NCBI GenBank assembly: GCA_048268245.1
Contig: JBLWVX010000048.1
Location: forward strand, 1 to 14,698
DNA: 14,698 nt
Reading direction: 5' to 3'
Source: Arcobacteraceae bacterium
GTDB lineage: Bacteria; Campylobacterota; Campylobacteria; Campylobacterales; Arcobacteraceae
A model generated the notes under the pieces. That model ran no database searches. It was not told the origin of the DNA and worked only from the letters and a program-made list of their open reading frames with translations. Shown here piece by piece: positions 7,301-14,698 of this stretch. Both the position numbers and the translations under genes were made by a program. Numbering within the stretch: position 1 is the first letter of the stretch; each line of letters opens with the position of its first letter.

Positions 7301-10300
7301 CATTTGGAGCTTGAAGATTAGCTATTAGAGCTGTTACATCCGCTGTAAGTTCTACTGTTTTACTTGTATCACCTATTTGAGTTTCTATTGCTGTTACTAT
7401 ATCAGATACTAAAGAGTTGGCTTTTGTTTCAATAGCTGTTTGTAGACCTTGAATTTCTTGACCAATTTTAACAATATCCTCAGGTTTTACTGAAGATTCA
7501 TATACCTCAAATAAGCCAAGAGCAAATGCTTCTTTTTCTGCACTTAAATCTGCTGCACTATTTGTTAATGATGCTTCCGCACTATCTACAAATATTTCTA
7601 TTAAATCATCAAGATCAGATAATTTCTCATCACTTAATGCTCCTAACGTTGAAATTACTGTAGTTTTTATATTTTCTGGTAAAGCATCCCTTTTATCTAA
7701 TAAATCTTGTACAATTACATCTAAAGGTGCTGTAAGAGAATCTAAAGATGATAAAATTTTTGCATTTCCTAAAGCTAATGAATCAAATGTTTGATTTAAA
7801 ACAGTTTGAGCATCTACATTTGAAGCAATCGTTACATCAAAGTTGTTTACTATATCTTCACTTACTGAATTTGTGAAGCTTATAGGATCTGGTGTTGTTG
7901 TATTATTTAGAAGTAATCCAACTTTTGCACCAGGTAAAGAACCTTCAAAACTTACTTGTGTATCACTTGCATCTACTTCATAAGTAGCTGCTTTTGCTAC
8001 TGGTGCATCATTTGTACCAGTCACCATAATAGATACTGTTTGAGTTGTACTTCTTCCATTTTCATTATCAATAGCAACATAATCAAATGAGATAACTGTT
8101 GTATTATCATTTTGTGGTAATAAATCAAAGTTTCCTACAAGTGAGTAAGAACCTGATTCATCAAAGATAACTTCAAAATCAGTGATTAGAGGATTTGAAG
8201 AAGTTATATTTGAGATATCAAAAGTATGTGACGCTCCTTCATCCTCATCTGAAGCACTTAGATTTCCACTATGAACCTCAACTCTTCCATCTAACTCTTG
8301 AACAGATACATTTACATCTTGAATTGTTGGTAAATCATTTACAGAATTAACATTGATAGCAATAGTTTTTGTTGTACTTTCATTATTATCATCAGTAGTT
8401 ACTATAGTAATAGTATCATCTCCAAAATAGTTTTCATTTGGAGTATATGTGATCTCATTTCCTAAAATTGTAGCCGTACCATTAGAAGCAGATGCAATCG
8501 TATTTACAATTGAACCATCAATATCTGAAGCTGTAAATGTTATAACTTTTGATCCATCTTCATCTAATGAAGCAGTAGCTACTACATCTAAAGTTGGTAA
8601 TTCGTTTACATCATTTACTGTTACTGTTACTGTTTTTTGAACAAAATCACCTCTATCATCTGTAGTTGTAACTGTAATAATTGAAGTACCAAAGAAATCA
8701 ACATCTGGAGTATATACAATCTTTGATCCTAGAACTTGAGCACTTCCTTCTGTAGCACTTACTGTTGTTGTTACACTTCCATCTACATCATTTGCAGTAA
8801 ATGAAATCTGCGTTGTTGTATCTTCATTCATAGTAACTGTACTTACTACATCTAGTGTTGGTATTTCATTTACATCACTTACATTTATAACTACTGTTCT
8901 TTGAACTTGCTCACCAGCTAAATCTGTAACTGAAACTGTTAAAGTCTCTTGTCCACTAAAGTTTGCATTTGGAGTATATGTAAATTCTCCATCCCCAACA
9001 ACTATTTGACCATTTTGTTCACCTGTTACAGTTGTTGTAACTGCACCTTCAATATCTGAAGCTGTAAAGTTAATAGTTTTTGATGTATCTTCTGCCATAC
9101 TAATTGGAGAGATTACTTCTAAAATTGGTGCATCATTTACACTTGCGACAGTAACATTAACCGTTTTAACTGCCGTTTGACCATAACTATCTTCTACAGT
9201 TACTGTAATTGTATCTGTTCCATGGAAGTTTTCATTTGGAGTATATGTAATCACTCCATTTGAAATATTAACTTCTCCTTTTGTTGCTGTTGCATCAATA
9301 GAACTTATTCCTTCAACATCATTTGCAGTAAATGAAATAGTTTTTACTGTATCTTCAGTAGTAGTCATAGATGAAGCGATACTTAACTGTGGTAAATCAT
9401 TTACAGATGTAATTGATACATTTATTGTTTGAATTGTAGACTCACCATCATCATCAGTAGAAGTTAAAGTGATTTTATCATTTCCAAAATAGTTTTCATC
9501 TGGTGTATATGTTATTTTATTTCCATCAATACTTACTGTTCCATTTAGGGCACTTGCAACATTTGATACAACTGAACCATCATCATCTGAACTTGTAAAT
9601 GTGATTTCTTTAACCTCATCTTCTAAAATAGTAACTTGAGTTACAGATTCAATAGTTGGAAGATCATTTACATCATTTACTGTAACTGCTACAGTTTTAG
9701 TAACTTTTGCACCATCATTATCTGTAACTGTAACTGTTATAGTATCAGCTCCAAAATAGTCTTCATTTGGTGAGTATGTAATTTGACCATCTGAAACAAT
9801 CACTGAACCTTTTGATGCGATAGCTTCTATTAAGGCCACATCTCCATCTACGTCAGAAGCAGTAAAGCTAATAGCTTTTGAACCATCTTCATCAACTACT
9901 AAACTACTATCAATTGTTAAAGTAGGATCATCGTTTACATCTCCAATTTCAACACTAATTGTTTTTTGAACTATAGAACCATCGTTATCAGTAGCTATAA
10001 CTGTAATAGTATCTGTTCCATTAAAGTTAGAGTTTGGTGTATAAGTTATTTGACCATTTGATACTAGAACAGAACCATTATTTGAAGAAGCTGTTGTTTG
10101 TACGGTACCATCAACATCAGAAGCTGTAAATGTGATTACTTTTGTTTCATCTTCTAAAATAGAAACATTTACTTCACTAATATCTAAAGTTGGTGCAAAG
10201 TTTTTACCAATTACTGTAAGGTTTACATTACTTGATGCACTTGTTCCATCTTCAGCTGTACCTGCATAATCAAACCCTATAGAGATATTATCATCGTTAT

Positions 10301-13300
10301 CTAAGCTTGTGAATTTATTAGAAACAATACTATAAGTTCCATTATCATTTACATTTATTGATAATAATCCTGCTGCTGATAATAGATCATAATTTGCACT
10401 ATCAATACTCATTGTTGTAGAGTTTAAATTTGTAATTGCATTTATAGCAGTATATAATTCATTTGTATCATTTGTAAATGTTAATACTAGTCCCCCAGAG
10501 AAACTATATGTTTGAGCATTTTCAATGCTATTTAATGTTCCGTTATATGTACTATCAATCGTTGGTGTATCTTCTAAATCTTCTTCTTGAATAATAGGCT
10601 TAGCAAATGCATCATTTACATTTACACTTCCTATTGTTTTAAGAGCCGCTTGTGTTTCAACTTCTGATTGAGTTAAAACATTTTCAATATCACCATCACT
10701 TCTTACATCTTCTTCTATTTCTTCTGCAACAATTTGAATTTTCGCTAAGCTTTCAAAACTATCTGCATCATCCATTGCTTGGTTAATACTTAAAGTTGCA
10801 TCTACAATATCAGATTGATCTGTGATTGTAATATCTTCATTTTCTTCTACAAATTCAATAACTTCAGTAATTGTTGAACTATTTGTTAAATCAATTGTTT
10901 CATCTCTTACAATAATTTGAGCAATCGAGTTTACAGTACTTAATGCCGCATCTTCTTCTGAAGTTTCACCATTTGTTTCATATTCAACTGCTTGTGCAGT
11001 TTGACTCATAATATTTACTATTTGAACTGCTACTGTTTGAACATCTAAAGCTGTTTCTTGCTCTACTGAAGAAGCATCTTCATCTGCAATTACTGCAAGT
11101 GGATCAAAAGTTAAAATATCAATACTTGAATCAATACTTAAAGAAGATGTAACTAAAGTTTTTGCTTGAGAAACTGCATCTTCTAAAGATAAACTCTCAT
11201 CATCACTCATTAGTTGTTTTGATACTTGATCAACTAATGTTGTAAGTGGAGAAATAACAGTTGAACCTTCAGGAGCTGTAAATACACCCTCAAACTCTAA
11301 TCCAGTAGAAATATCTGTACCACCATAAGCAACTAAAGTACCACTTCCACCAACAAGTGTAAAGTCACCCTTCGCATCAGTAGTAGTTTTTGCTTCACCT
11401 AAATCCCAAACTCCATTTTCATTTGCATCTGCAAATACTGTTGCATTTGAAATATATCCATCAGAAGCTACACCATCAGTTACAATATCAGCAATATCTA
11501 TAGTTACTGTTACTTCTTTTGAGTCTGTATTTAAAGATACTTCATTTCCATTTGTTCGTGTTGTAACGCCATTACTATCATCAATTTGATAAGAGAATGT
11601 AACTTCAACTTTCCATAAACTACTAATAGTTGCAAAGTCTGGATTATCTATAGTATATAATCCATCAGAATTAACTGTAACTGTAGTTTTAGCATTTAAG
11701 TCTAATCCAGTTACTTCATCACCATTTTCATCATATACTGTAGTTGTAATTCCAGCAACTTCATCTAAATGATAATAAATAGTTGCATTGTCAACAAAGT
11801 CCTCATCCATACTTAATCTATCATAGATATCTTGTACTATATCCTCAGCAATTACATCTCTTGAAGGTTTTTCTAAAAGACCTATATCTAACCCTAATTG
11901 CTCTAAAATATTTGTAAGTGCACTCTCTTTTAAGTTATCAATTGTTACATCTGCTAATAACTCACCTGTTAATCTCTCAACTGTCTGTGCAATTAAAGAC
12001 TCTAATGAAGGATCACCTAATTCATCTACAATTTCATCTGTAAGTGTTTGATTAATAGCTGTATGTAATTCTTCTGTTGTTGTATTATTTAATACATCAT
12101 CAAGTACATTATCAATACTGTCAAAGGCTTGGTCTAATAAGTTTTGAACAAATGTTGTTACACCATTTGGATCATTGATTAAATCAGTTAGAGTAATAGA
12201 TCTAGCAAAATCACTTAAATCTGTTGTTATAGTAGAAAGTATTTCATTGAAATCTAAATTATTTAAGTCAATTCCTAAATTTGAAAGTAAAGCATCTACA
12301 TTGATTAAAGATTGAGGATCGATAGTTGCTAAAGATGTTAGAGATGATGCATTTGCAATTAACTCAACTAAATAGTTAGCTTCAATTTGTTGTTCTGGTG
12401 TTAATGTAAATTGATTATCAATTTCTGTCATAAGACCTTGAATAGCTACGCCTAAATCAAAGCTTGGATCTGTTGCACTAGAAATCAATCCTGTTGCAAG
12501 TGTTTGAACTGGACCAAATTTTGCAAGATATTCAGTTGGAGTATAATCCGATGAATTAATACCAATAATTGATAATAACTCTTGAGTAAATGTTGTAGGA
12601 AAACTTGTTACTTCTGTTGCAAAGGTAGATACTTCTAAATTAATTGCATTAAGTTCAACAGGAGTTAATACTACAGGTTTTATATACAATACTGTTAAAT
12701 CTAAAGCAAACTGAGTTAATAAATTCTCTTGATCAACTGGACTATTTATAACTGCTGAATAATCTAGCAATAATTTTTGAACCTTAGCTTCAAGTGCAAC
12801 TCTATTTGATGTATCAGCCGTATTAGCTTCAATAATATCAGATACTTCTTTTATAGTAGAATCAAAAGATGCTTCAAAATTAGTGATTAATTGATATAAA
12901 GCAAAGGCTTCAATATCATTTACAGATAAATTTACACTATCACCTAAAACACTCTTTAATAAAGCTTCTTGTAACTCATCAATATCAACAACTCCTGCTA
13001 CTCCAGCATCAGTATCAATATTATCATTTACTGTTTTAAACATTTTATAAATATATGTTCCAGGAAGTGCACCCTCATAAGAAGTAGCTCCATTTGCTAT
13101 CTCACCACTTACTGTATCTTCAATAGCAACTGGAGTATCATTTGTACCTTTGATTGATACAGTTTCAGTTGATTTTACACTATCAATCTCATCACTAACT
13201 GTGTATTCAAATGAAACTTGCATAGTATCACTATTTTTCATCATATTAAATATAGGTGAAACAATTTGATAATTAACACTTGCAGTAGTTCCATCACTAT

Positions 13301-14698
13301 TTGGAACAACATCTCCCATCACAACATTTAATAATCCAGCAGTTTCTAATAAGTTTACTGCTGATGCTGGTAATGTAACAGACTTAGATTCAGTTGTTCT
13401 TAATTCTATATCTCCTGATAAAATATCTGTTAATAATGACTGAATAGATGCTCTATCTATAGATGAAATTCCACTTATTTGTTCAAATACAGAAATTAAT
13501 AATTCACTTGTTGTTGTAAGTGTTACTGAAAACTGACCTAAAGATACTGTCACATCTTCAATATTATCTAAATCTGTTATCTGCATACTATTTGAATAAA
13601 CAGCATTTTCAAAAGGTAAATTAAATGCCGTTCCTAAGTTATCTAAAATCACTAACTTAAGGTTTTCTTGTGTGATTACTGTTTCAAAAGGATTTGATGG
13701 TAATCCTGAAATTTCAGCATTGATTGTAACTGTTCCGGCAACTGATTTATCCACTGAAAAGGATACATTTGACCTTGGAATATTTAATAATTCAATTAAA
13801 GTATCATTTATTATTCCAGAGACATCAAATTGATCAAATAAATTTACAATTGTAGAGTTTGAAGTTGATACTAATAAAGAGATAATTCCATCTGTATCTG
13901 TTACAACTGTTTCTAATATACCTTCAGTTGCATCATCTAAATCAGATTCTAAAACTATAATAGGATCTTTTATAGTGATTTGTGGAGCATCATTTGTTCC
14001 TTTTACAGTTAATGTAACTGTTGCCTCATTTGTTAATTCTCCATCACTTGCAGTGTAAGTAAATACAACCGTTGTCTCTTCATCTTTTTCTAAGTAGTCA
14101 AAATCATTTCCAGGTACAAACTCTAATTTATCCCCTGCACTATTTAACTGCACACTTCCTTTTAAAGGTTGGGTAAAACTATTTATTGATAAAGGTGAGT
14201 TTTCTTCATCAGTATCATTTGATAATACATCAATTTCCAAACTAGGAGCATTTTCACTTACTTCTAAATCACTGTCATTATTTGCAACTGGTGCATCATT
14301 TACTGGTGTTACATTTACATTAAACGTTTGAGTTGTAGTTGTAGTTCCATCATTTACATCTAGAGTTATAACAGCTGTACCATTATAGTTAACATTTGGA
14401 GTAAATTCAATATTTCCATCACTATTTATAACTGCTGCTCCATTTGTTGCACTTACTGTTTTTGTTAAGTCATCACCATCAACATCACTTACATCAATTG
14501 TAACTACTTTTGTATTATCTTCAGCTACTGTTTGTGTTATGATATCTACTATTACAGGTGCATCATTTACTGGGTTTACTGTTACATTAATTACTTTTGT
14601 AGTAGTTGTCGTTCCATCTGTAACATTTAAAGTAATAGTATCTTCACCATTAAAGTTTGTATTTGGTGTATATGTAATTGTATTTCCAGAAATTGACA
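4341..14698 (-). CDS. Giant repetitive surface protein/adhesin with cadherin-like (tandem-95/Big_9) and VCBS-like Ig repeats, probable T1SS substrate; 5'-truncated, at least 3451 aa
   Basis: The frame stays open upstream of the track's TTG (14240) to the window end: SISGNTITYTPNTNFNGEDTITLNVTDG...VNDAPVIVD...FTPNVNYNG...VNDAPVANNDSDLEVSENAPSLEIDVLSND. It has many NDAP-linked Ig repeats, a D/E/T/V/I/S-rich composition and no Cys seen. The C-terminus is typical of large T1SS-type adhesins. Confidence 0.92.
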   Translation of the reverse strand, partial: SISGNTITYTPNTNFNGEDTITLNVTDGTTTTTKVINVTVNPVNDAPVIVDIITQTVAEDNTKVVTIDVSDVDGDDLTKTVSATNGAAVINSDGNIEFTPNVNYNGTAVITLDVNDGTTTTTQTFNVNVTPVNDAPVANNDSDLEVSENAPSLEIDVLSNDTDEENSPLSINSFTQPLKGSVQLNSAGDKLEFVPGNDFDYLEKDEETTVVFTYTASDGELTNEATVTLTVKGTNDAPQITIKDPIIVLESDLDDATEGILETVVTDTDGIISLLVSTSNSTIVNLFDQFDVSGIINDTLIELLNIPRSNVSFSVDKSVAGTVTINAEISGLPSNPFETVITQENLKLVILDNLGTAFNLPFENAVYSNSMQITDLDNIEDVTVSLGQFSVTLTTTSELLISVFEQISGISSIDRASIQSLLTDILSGDIELRTTESKSVTLPASAVNLLETAGLLNVVMGDVVPNSDGTTASVNYQIVSPIFNMMKNSDTMQVSFEYTVSDEIDSVKSTETVSIKGTNDTPVAIEDTVSGEIANGATSYEGALPGTYIYKMFKTVNDNIDTDAGVAGVVDIDELQEALLKSVLGDSVNLSVNDIEAFALYQLITNFEASFDSTIKEVSDIIEANTADTSNRVALEAKVQKLLLDYSAVINSPVDQENLLTQFALDLTVLYIKPVVLTPVELNAINLEVSTFATEVTSFPTTFTQELLSIIGINSSDYTPTEYLAKFGPVQTLATGLISSATDPSFDLGVAIQGLMTEIDNQFTLTPEQQIEANYLVELIANASSLTSLATIDPQSLINVDALLSNLGIDLNNLDFNEILSTITTDLSDFARSITLTDLINDPNGVTTFVQNLLDQAFDSIDNVLDDVLNNTTTEELHTAINQTLTDEIVDELGDPSLESLIAQTVERLTGELLADVTIDNLKESALTNILEQLGLDIGLLEKPSRDVIAEDIVQDIYDRLSMDEDFVDNATIYYHLDEVAGITTTVYDENGDEVTGLDLNAKTTVTVNSDGLYTIDNPDFATISSLWKVEVTFSYQIDDSNGVTTRTNGNEVSLNTDSKEVTVTIDIADIVTDGVASDGYISNATVFADANENGVWDLGEAKTTTDAKGDFTLVGGSGTLVAYGGTDISTGLEFEGVFTAPEGSTVISPLTTLVDQVSKQLMSDDESLSLEDAVSQAKTLVTSSLSIDSSIDILTFDPLAVIADEDASSVEQETALDVQTVAVQIVNIMSQTAQAVEYETNGETSEEDAALSTVNSIAQIIVRDETIDLTNSSTITEVIEFVEENEDITITDQSDIVDATLSINQAMDDADSFESLAKIQIVAEEIEEDVRSDGDIENVLTQSEVETQAALKTIGSVNVNDAFAKPIIQEEDLEDTPTIDSTYNGTLNSIENAQTYSFSGGLVLTFTNDTNELYTAINAITNLNSTTMSIDSANYDLLSAAGLLSINVNDNGTYSIVSNKFTSLDNDDNISIGFDYAGTAEDGTSASSNVNLTVIGKNFAPTLDISEVNVSILEDETKVITFTASDVDGTVQTTASSNNGSVLVSNGQITYTPNSNFNGTDTITVIATDNDGSIVQKTISVEIGDVNDDPTLTIDSSLVVDEDGSKAISFTASDVDGDVALIEAIASKGSVIVSDGQITYSPNEDYFGADTITVTVTDNDGAKVTKTVAVTVNDVNDLPTIESVTQVTILEDEVKEITFTSSDDDGSVVSNVASALNGTVSIDGNKITYTPDENYFGNDKITLTSTDDDGESTIQTINVSITSVNDLPQLSIASSMTTTEDTVKTISFTANDVEGISSIDATATKGEVNISNGVITYTPNENFHGTDTITVTVEDSYGQTAVKTVNVTVASVNDAPILEVISPISMAEDTSKTINFTASDIEGAVTTTVTGEQNGQIVVGDGEFTYTPNANFSGQETLTVSVTDLAGEQVQRTVVINVSDVNEIPTLDVVSTVTMNEDTTTQISFTANDVDGSVTTTVSATEGSAQVLGSKIVYTPDVDFFGTSIITVTTTDDRGDFVQKTVTVTVNDVNELPTLDVVATASLDEDGSKVITFTASDIDGSIVNTIASASNGTATILGNEITYTPNENYFGDDTITIVTTDDNNESTTKTIAINVNSVNDLPTIQDVNVSVQELDGRVEVHSGNLSASDEDEGASHTFDISNITSSNPLITDFEVIFDESGSYSLVGNFDLLPQNDNTTVISFDYVAIDNENGRSTTQTVSIMVTGTNDAPVAKAATYEVDASDTQVSFEGSLPGAKVGLLLNNTTTPDPISFTNSVSEDIVNNFDVTIASNVDAQTVLNQTFDSLALGNAKILSSLDSLTAPLDVIVQDLLDKRDALPENIKTTVISTLGALSDEKLSDLDDLIEIFVDSAEASLTNSAADLSAEKEAFALGLFEVYESSVKPEDIVKIGQEIQGLQTAIETKANSLVSDIVTAIETQIGDTSKTVELTADVTALIANLQAPNANQEVLLSTFATTLFTTFDASVSLADLEVIKGNFTTLQQTLEQDILTEAGKVVPQIVSAIETQIGDTSKNSELTIAVTNLISGIENNPATQATQLEAFGNDLFTLFNASVTPTDLAAIQLSITPKITTFETDISNAKTALPQNMINAIMTTFPAPVDMGGLQEAVMNYLLNLEVGMPNATETFAQDVVTAYMNAGTFITPVDLQTPTSPINLALAAAGQELLVIDTLTNQLLLDVRNSIETIIGDTTQTNALDTQIGLLINKTITTEQFVNSLFTVYNSSVTPDDLVAIQGSITTIQSDIANTIQAKIDALPASIVTAIEVQIDDFSHTSELTLKVGQLLVDIENPPVDVDTNLPKTQEKIIEEFGLDLFTLFDSSVRPEDLVAIQASITTIQANLTGLINSLPSDIVEKIEVQLDNADNTVELTAAVNQLLADIKNPPFKEGSTTEKKTQEEILTEFSSSLFIIYDASVTAADLLAIESALQTEVNSLQSEITNFPTTFTQTLLDSLGVDPTDYTFGDYVAKFGSTQTAVTQLMSSALNPGFDLNTAAQDLIQNVIVTFGLSIEEIIQDNLPVELTASAAALIASVSTISEASILSDFTNPVNDLGIDFSSVDFTQFTTIKNNVIETISALPLQTALANPDSISSMIQTELDTAISDLRDEIDSNFTMTQEELNSAVIDFIYSKVETDFAVQLTAYETQLKALFGDEISPKLDDMFKDILKLYIEQENIVDIDAIKHSILVSALEQMGLSASLIEQEAREDFVNDLTEDIITNLTADSDLSDNVFAYSIAPATVIETIVIDALGNETSLAGTNVVVNPDGSYNITNPAFENVDASSDIEVSFQYIIIDQNGTSSNPEEVTVSIDKEDIYTPDIENVDMSALLSSAIAGELDEVNLDSGEHILNNLSITDFISLTDDDNTLRVFGDEADTIKLNALDNWSQQFVKDERGNLTTTPAKDEEGFNIYTSASDESVRLLIEENVNVEII
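4344..4690 (-). other. C-terminal T1SS-target-like domain of the adhesin
   Basis: EVNLDSGEHILNNLSITDFISLTDDDNTLRVFGDEADTIKL...W...GFNIYT...VRLLIEENV resembles, from recall and not a database search, the IDL...LTLSxxDVLxxxxxxNTLxIxGDxxDxVxL...W...GYxxY...LLI ending of large Ig-repeat proteins in Gram-negative bacteria. Confidence 0.65.
5823..7688 (-). repeat. Seven tandem ~80-93 aa predicted alpha-helical repeats of unrecognised family
   Basis: Units start at 7688, 7418, 7154, 6890, 6617, 6377 and 6101. Consensus: LPxxIVxAIExQIxDxxxTxELTxxVxxLxxxIxNP...QExxLxxFxxxLFxxFDxSVxPxDLxAIQxxI. DNA-level similarity is visible, e.g. ttgtaatacttgcttgaattgctactaaatcttcaggt (~6130) versus ttgtaatacttccttggattgctactaaatcatcaggt (~6419). 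Confidence 0.85.
8013..8339 (-). repeat. Uninterrupted VCBS-like Ig domain (109 aa)
   Basis: NDLP...SVQE...SGNLSASDED...DESGSYSL..NFDLL...SFDYVAID..NG.ST..VSIMVTGT-NDAP, the typical pattern of VCBS/cadherin-like repeats ending in GTNDAP. Confidence 0.75.
8340..10202 (-). repeat. Seven tandem ~88-89 aa cadherin-like (tandem-95/Big_9-type) Ig repeats
   Basis: 621 aa made of 7 units of N(D/E)xP...ED..K.I.FTASDVDG...NG.V.I....ITYTPNENxxGxDTITVxxTDxxG....TxxVxVxxV, with acidic Ca2+-type linkers (VNDxP, xED, DxDG). Confidence 0.92.
10630..11475 (-). other. DGY...SPLTTL domain (beta-sandwich with a DxNxNGxxD Ca2+-loop) plus following helical region
   Basis: DGYISNATVFADANENGVWDLGEAKTTTDAKGDF...GGTDISTG..FEGVFTAPEGSTVISPLTTLV...IDILTFDPLA. 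I recognise this from memory as a module recurrent in large secreted proteins of diverse Gram-negatives; the fold assignment is inferred. Confidence 0.7.
13995..14698 (-). repeat. Further cadherin-like/tandem-95 repeats (about 1.5 units, running off the window) and one Ig/VCBS-like unit
   Basis: ITYTPNTNFNGEDTITL..VNPVNDAP; AEDNTKVVTIDVSDVDGD...FTPNVNYNG...VTPVNDAP; then IDVLSNDTDEE...FDYLEKDEETTVVFTYTASDG...VTLTVKGT. Confidence 0.88.

Noticed and set aside
8449..8640. 63-aa plus-strand ORF
   Set aside because: Antisense shadow of an Ig repeat in the adhesin.
8646..8654. RGD tripeptide in the sixth tandem-95 repeat as an integrin ligand
   Set aside because: It falls on the consensus TDxxG turn shared by all units and is a single occurrence in more than 3400 aa, so it is compatible with chance.
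8340..10202. Regularly spaced DNA repeats as a CRISPR array or mobile element
   Set aside because: The period of about 266 bp, degenerate third codon positions and continuous ORF show protein domain repeats. No identical 23-47 bp repeats with spacers, transposase or terminal IRs were seen.
14238..14240. TTG at 14240 as the adhesin start codon
   Set aside because: It lies in the middle of an Ig repeat, has no convincing RBS, and the frame is open upstream to the window edge.
4341..14698. D/E-x-N-x-S/T sequons (e.g. EVNVS, DDNIS, DQNGT) as Pgl N-glycosylation sites
   Set aside because: Such sequons are frequent by chance in a D/E/N/S/T-rich protein, and a T1SS substrate would largely bypass the periplasmic oligosaccharyltransferase.

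Overview
AT-rich bacterial window (roughly 30% GC by eye). Gene style suggests Campylobacterota, possibly Arcobacteraceae, which is an inference. The left 4.3 kb is the end of a Wzy-type capsule/EPS locus: the 3' end of manC (GMP/PMI), wza (OPX lipoprotein) and wzc (BY-kinase co-polymerase) on +. Convergent with these on - is a PHP-family tyrosine phosphatase (CpsB/YwqE type) rather than a Wzb between wza and wzc. The remaining 10.3 kb is the 3' part of one giant, acidic, apparently Cys-free surface protein on -. It is over 3450 aa and its frame is open to the window edge. It carries cadherin-like/tandem-95 and VCBS-like Ig repeats and a T1SS-like C-terminus with no RTX nonapeptides seen. The most unusual signal is inside this protein. 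Two homologous Ig-like domains are each split at the same loop by a large predicted all-alpha insert (417 aa and 986 aa). The inserts share a ~270-285 aa module and carry 1 versus 7 copies of an unrecognised ~80-93 aa helical repeat, whose central copy is Met/Pro-rich. The phosphatase gene starts 40 bp behind the adhesin stop, across a perfect 15-bp palindrome, which suggests adhesin-capsule coupling.
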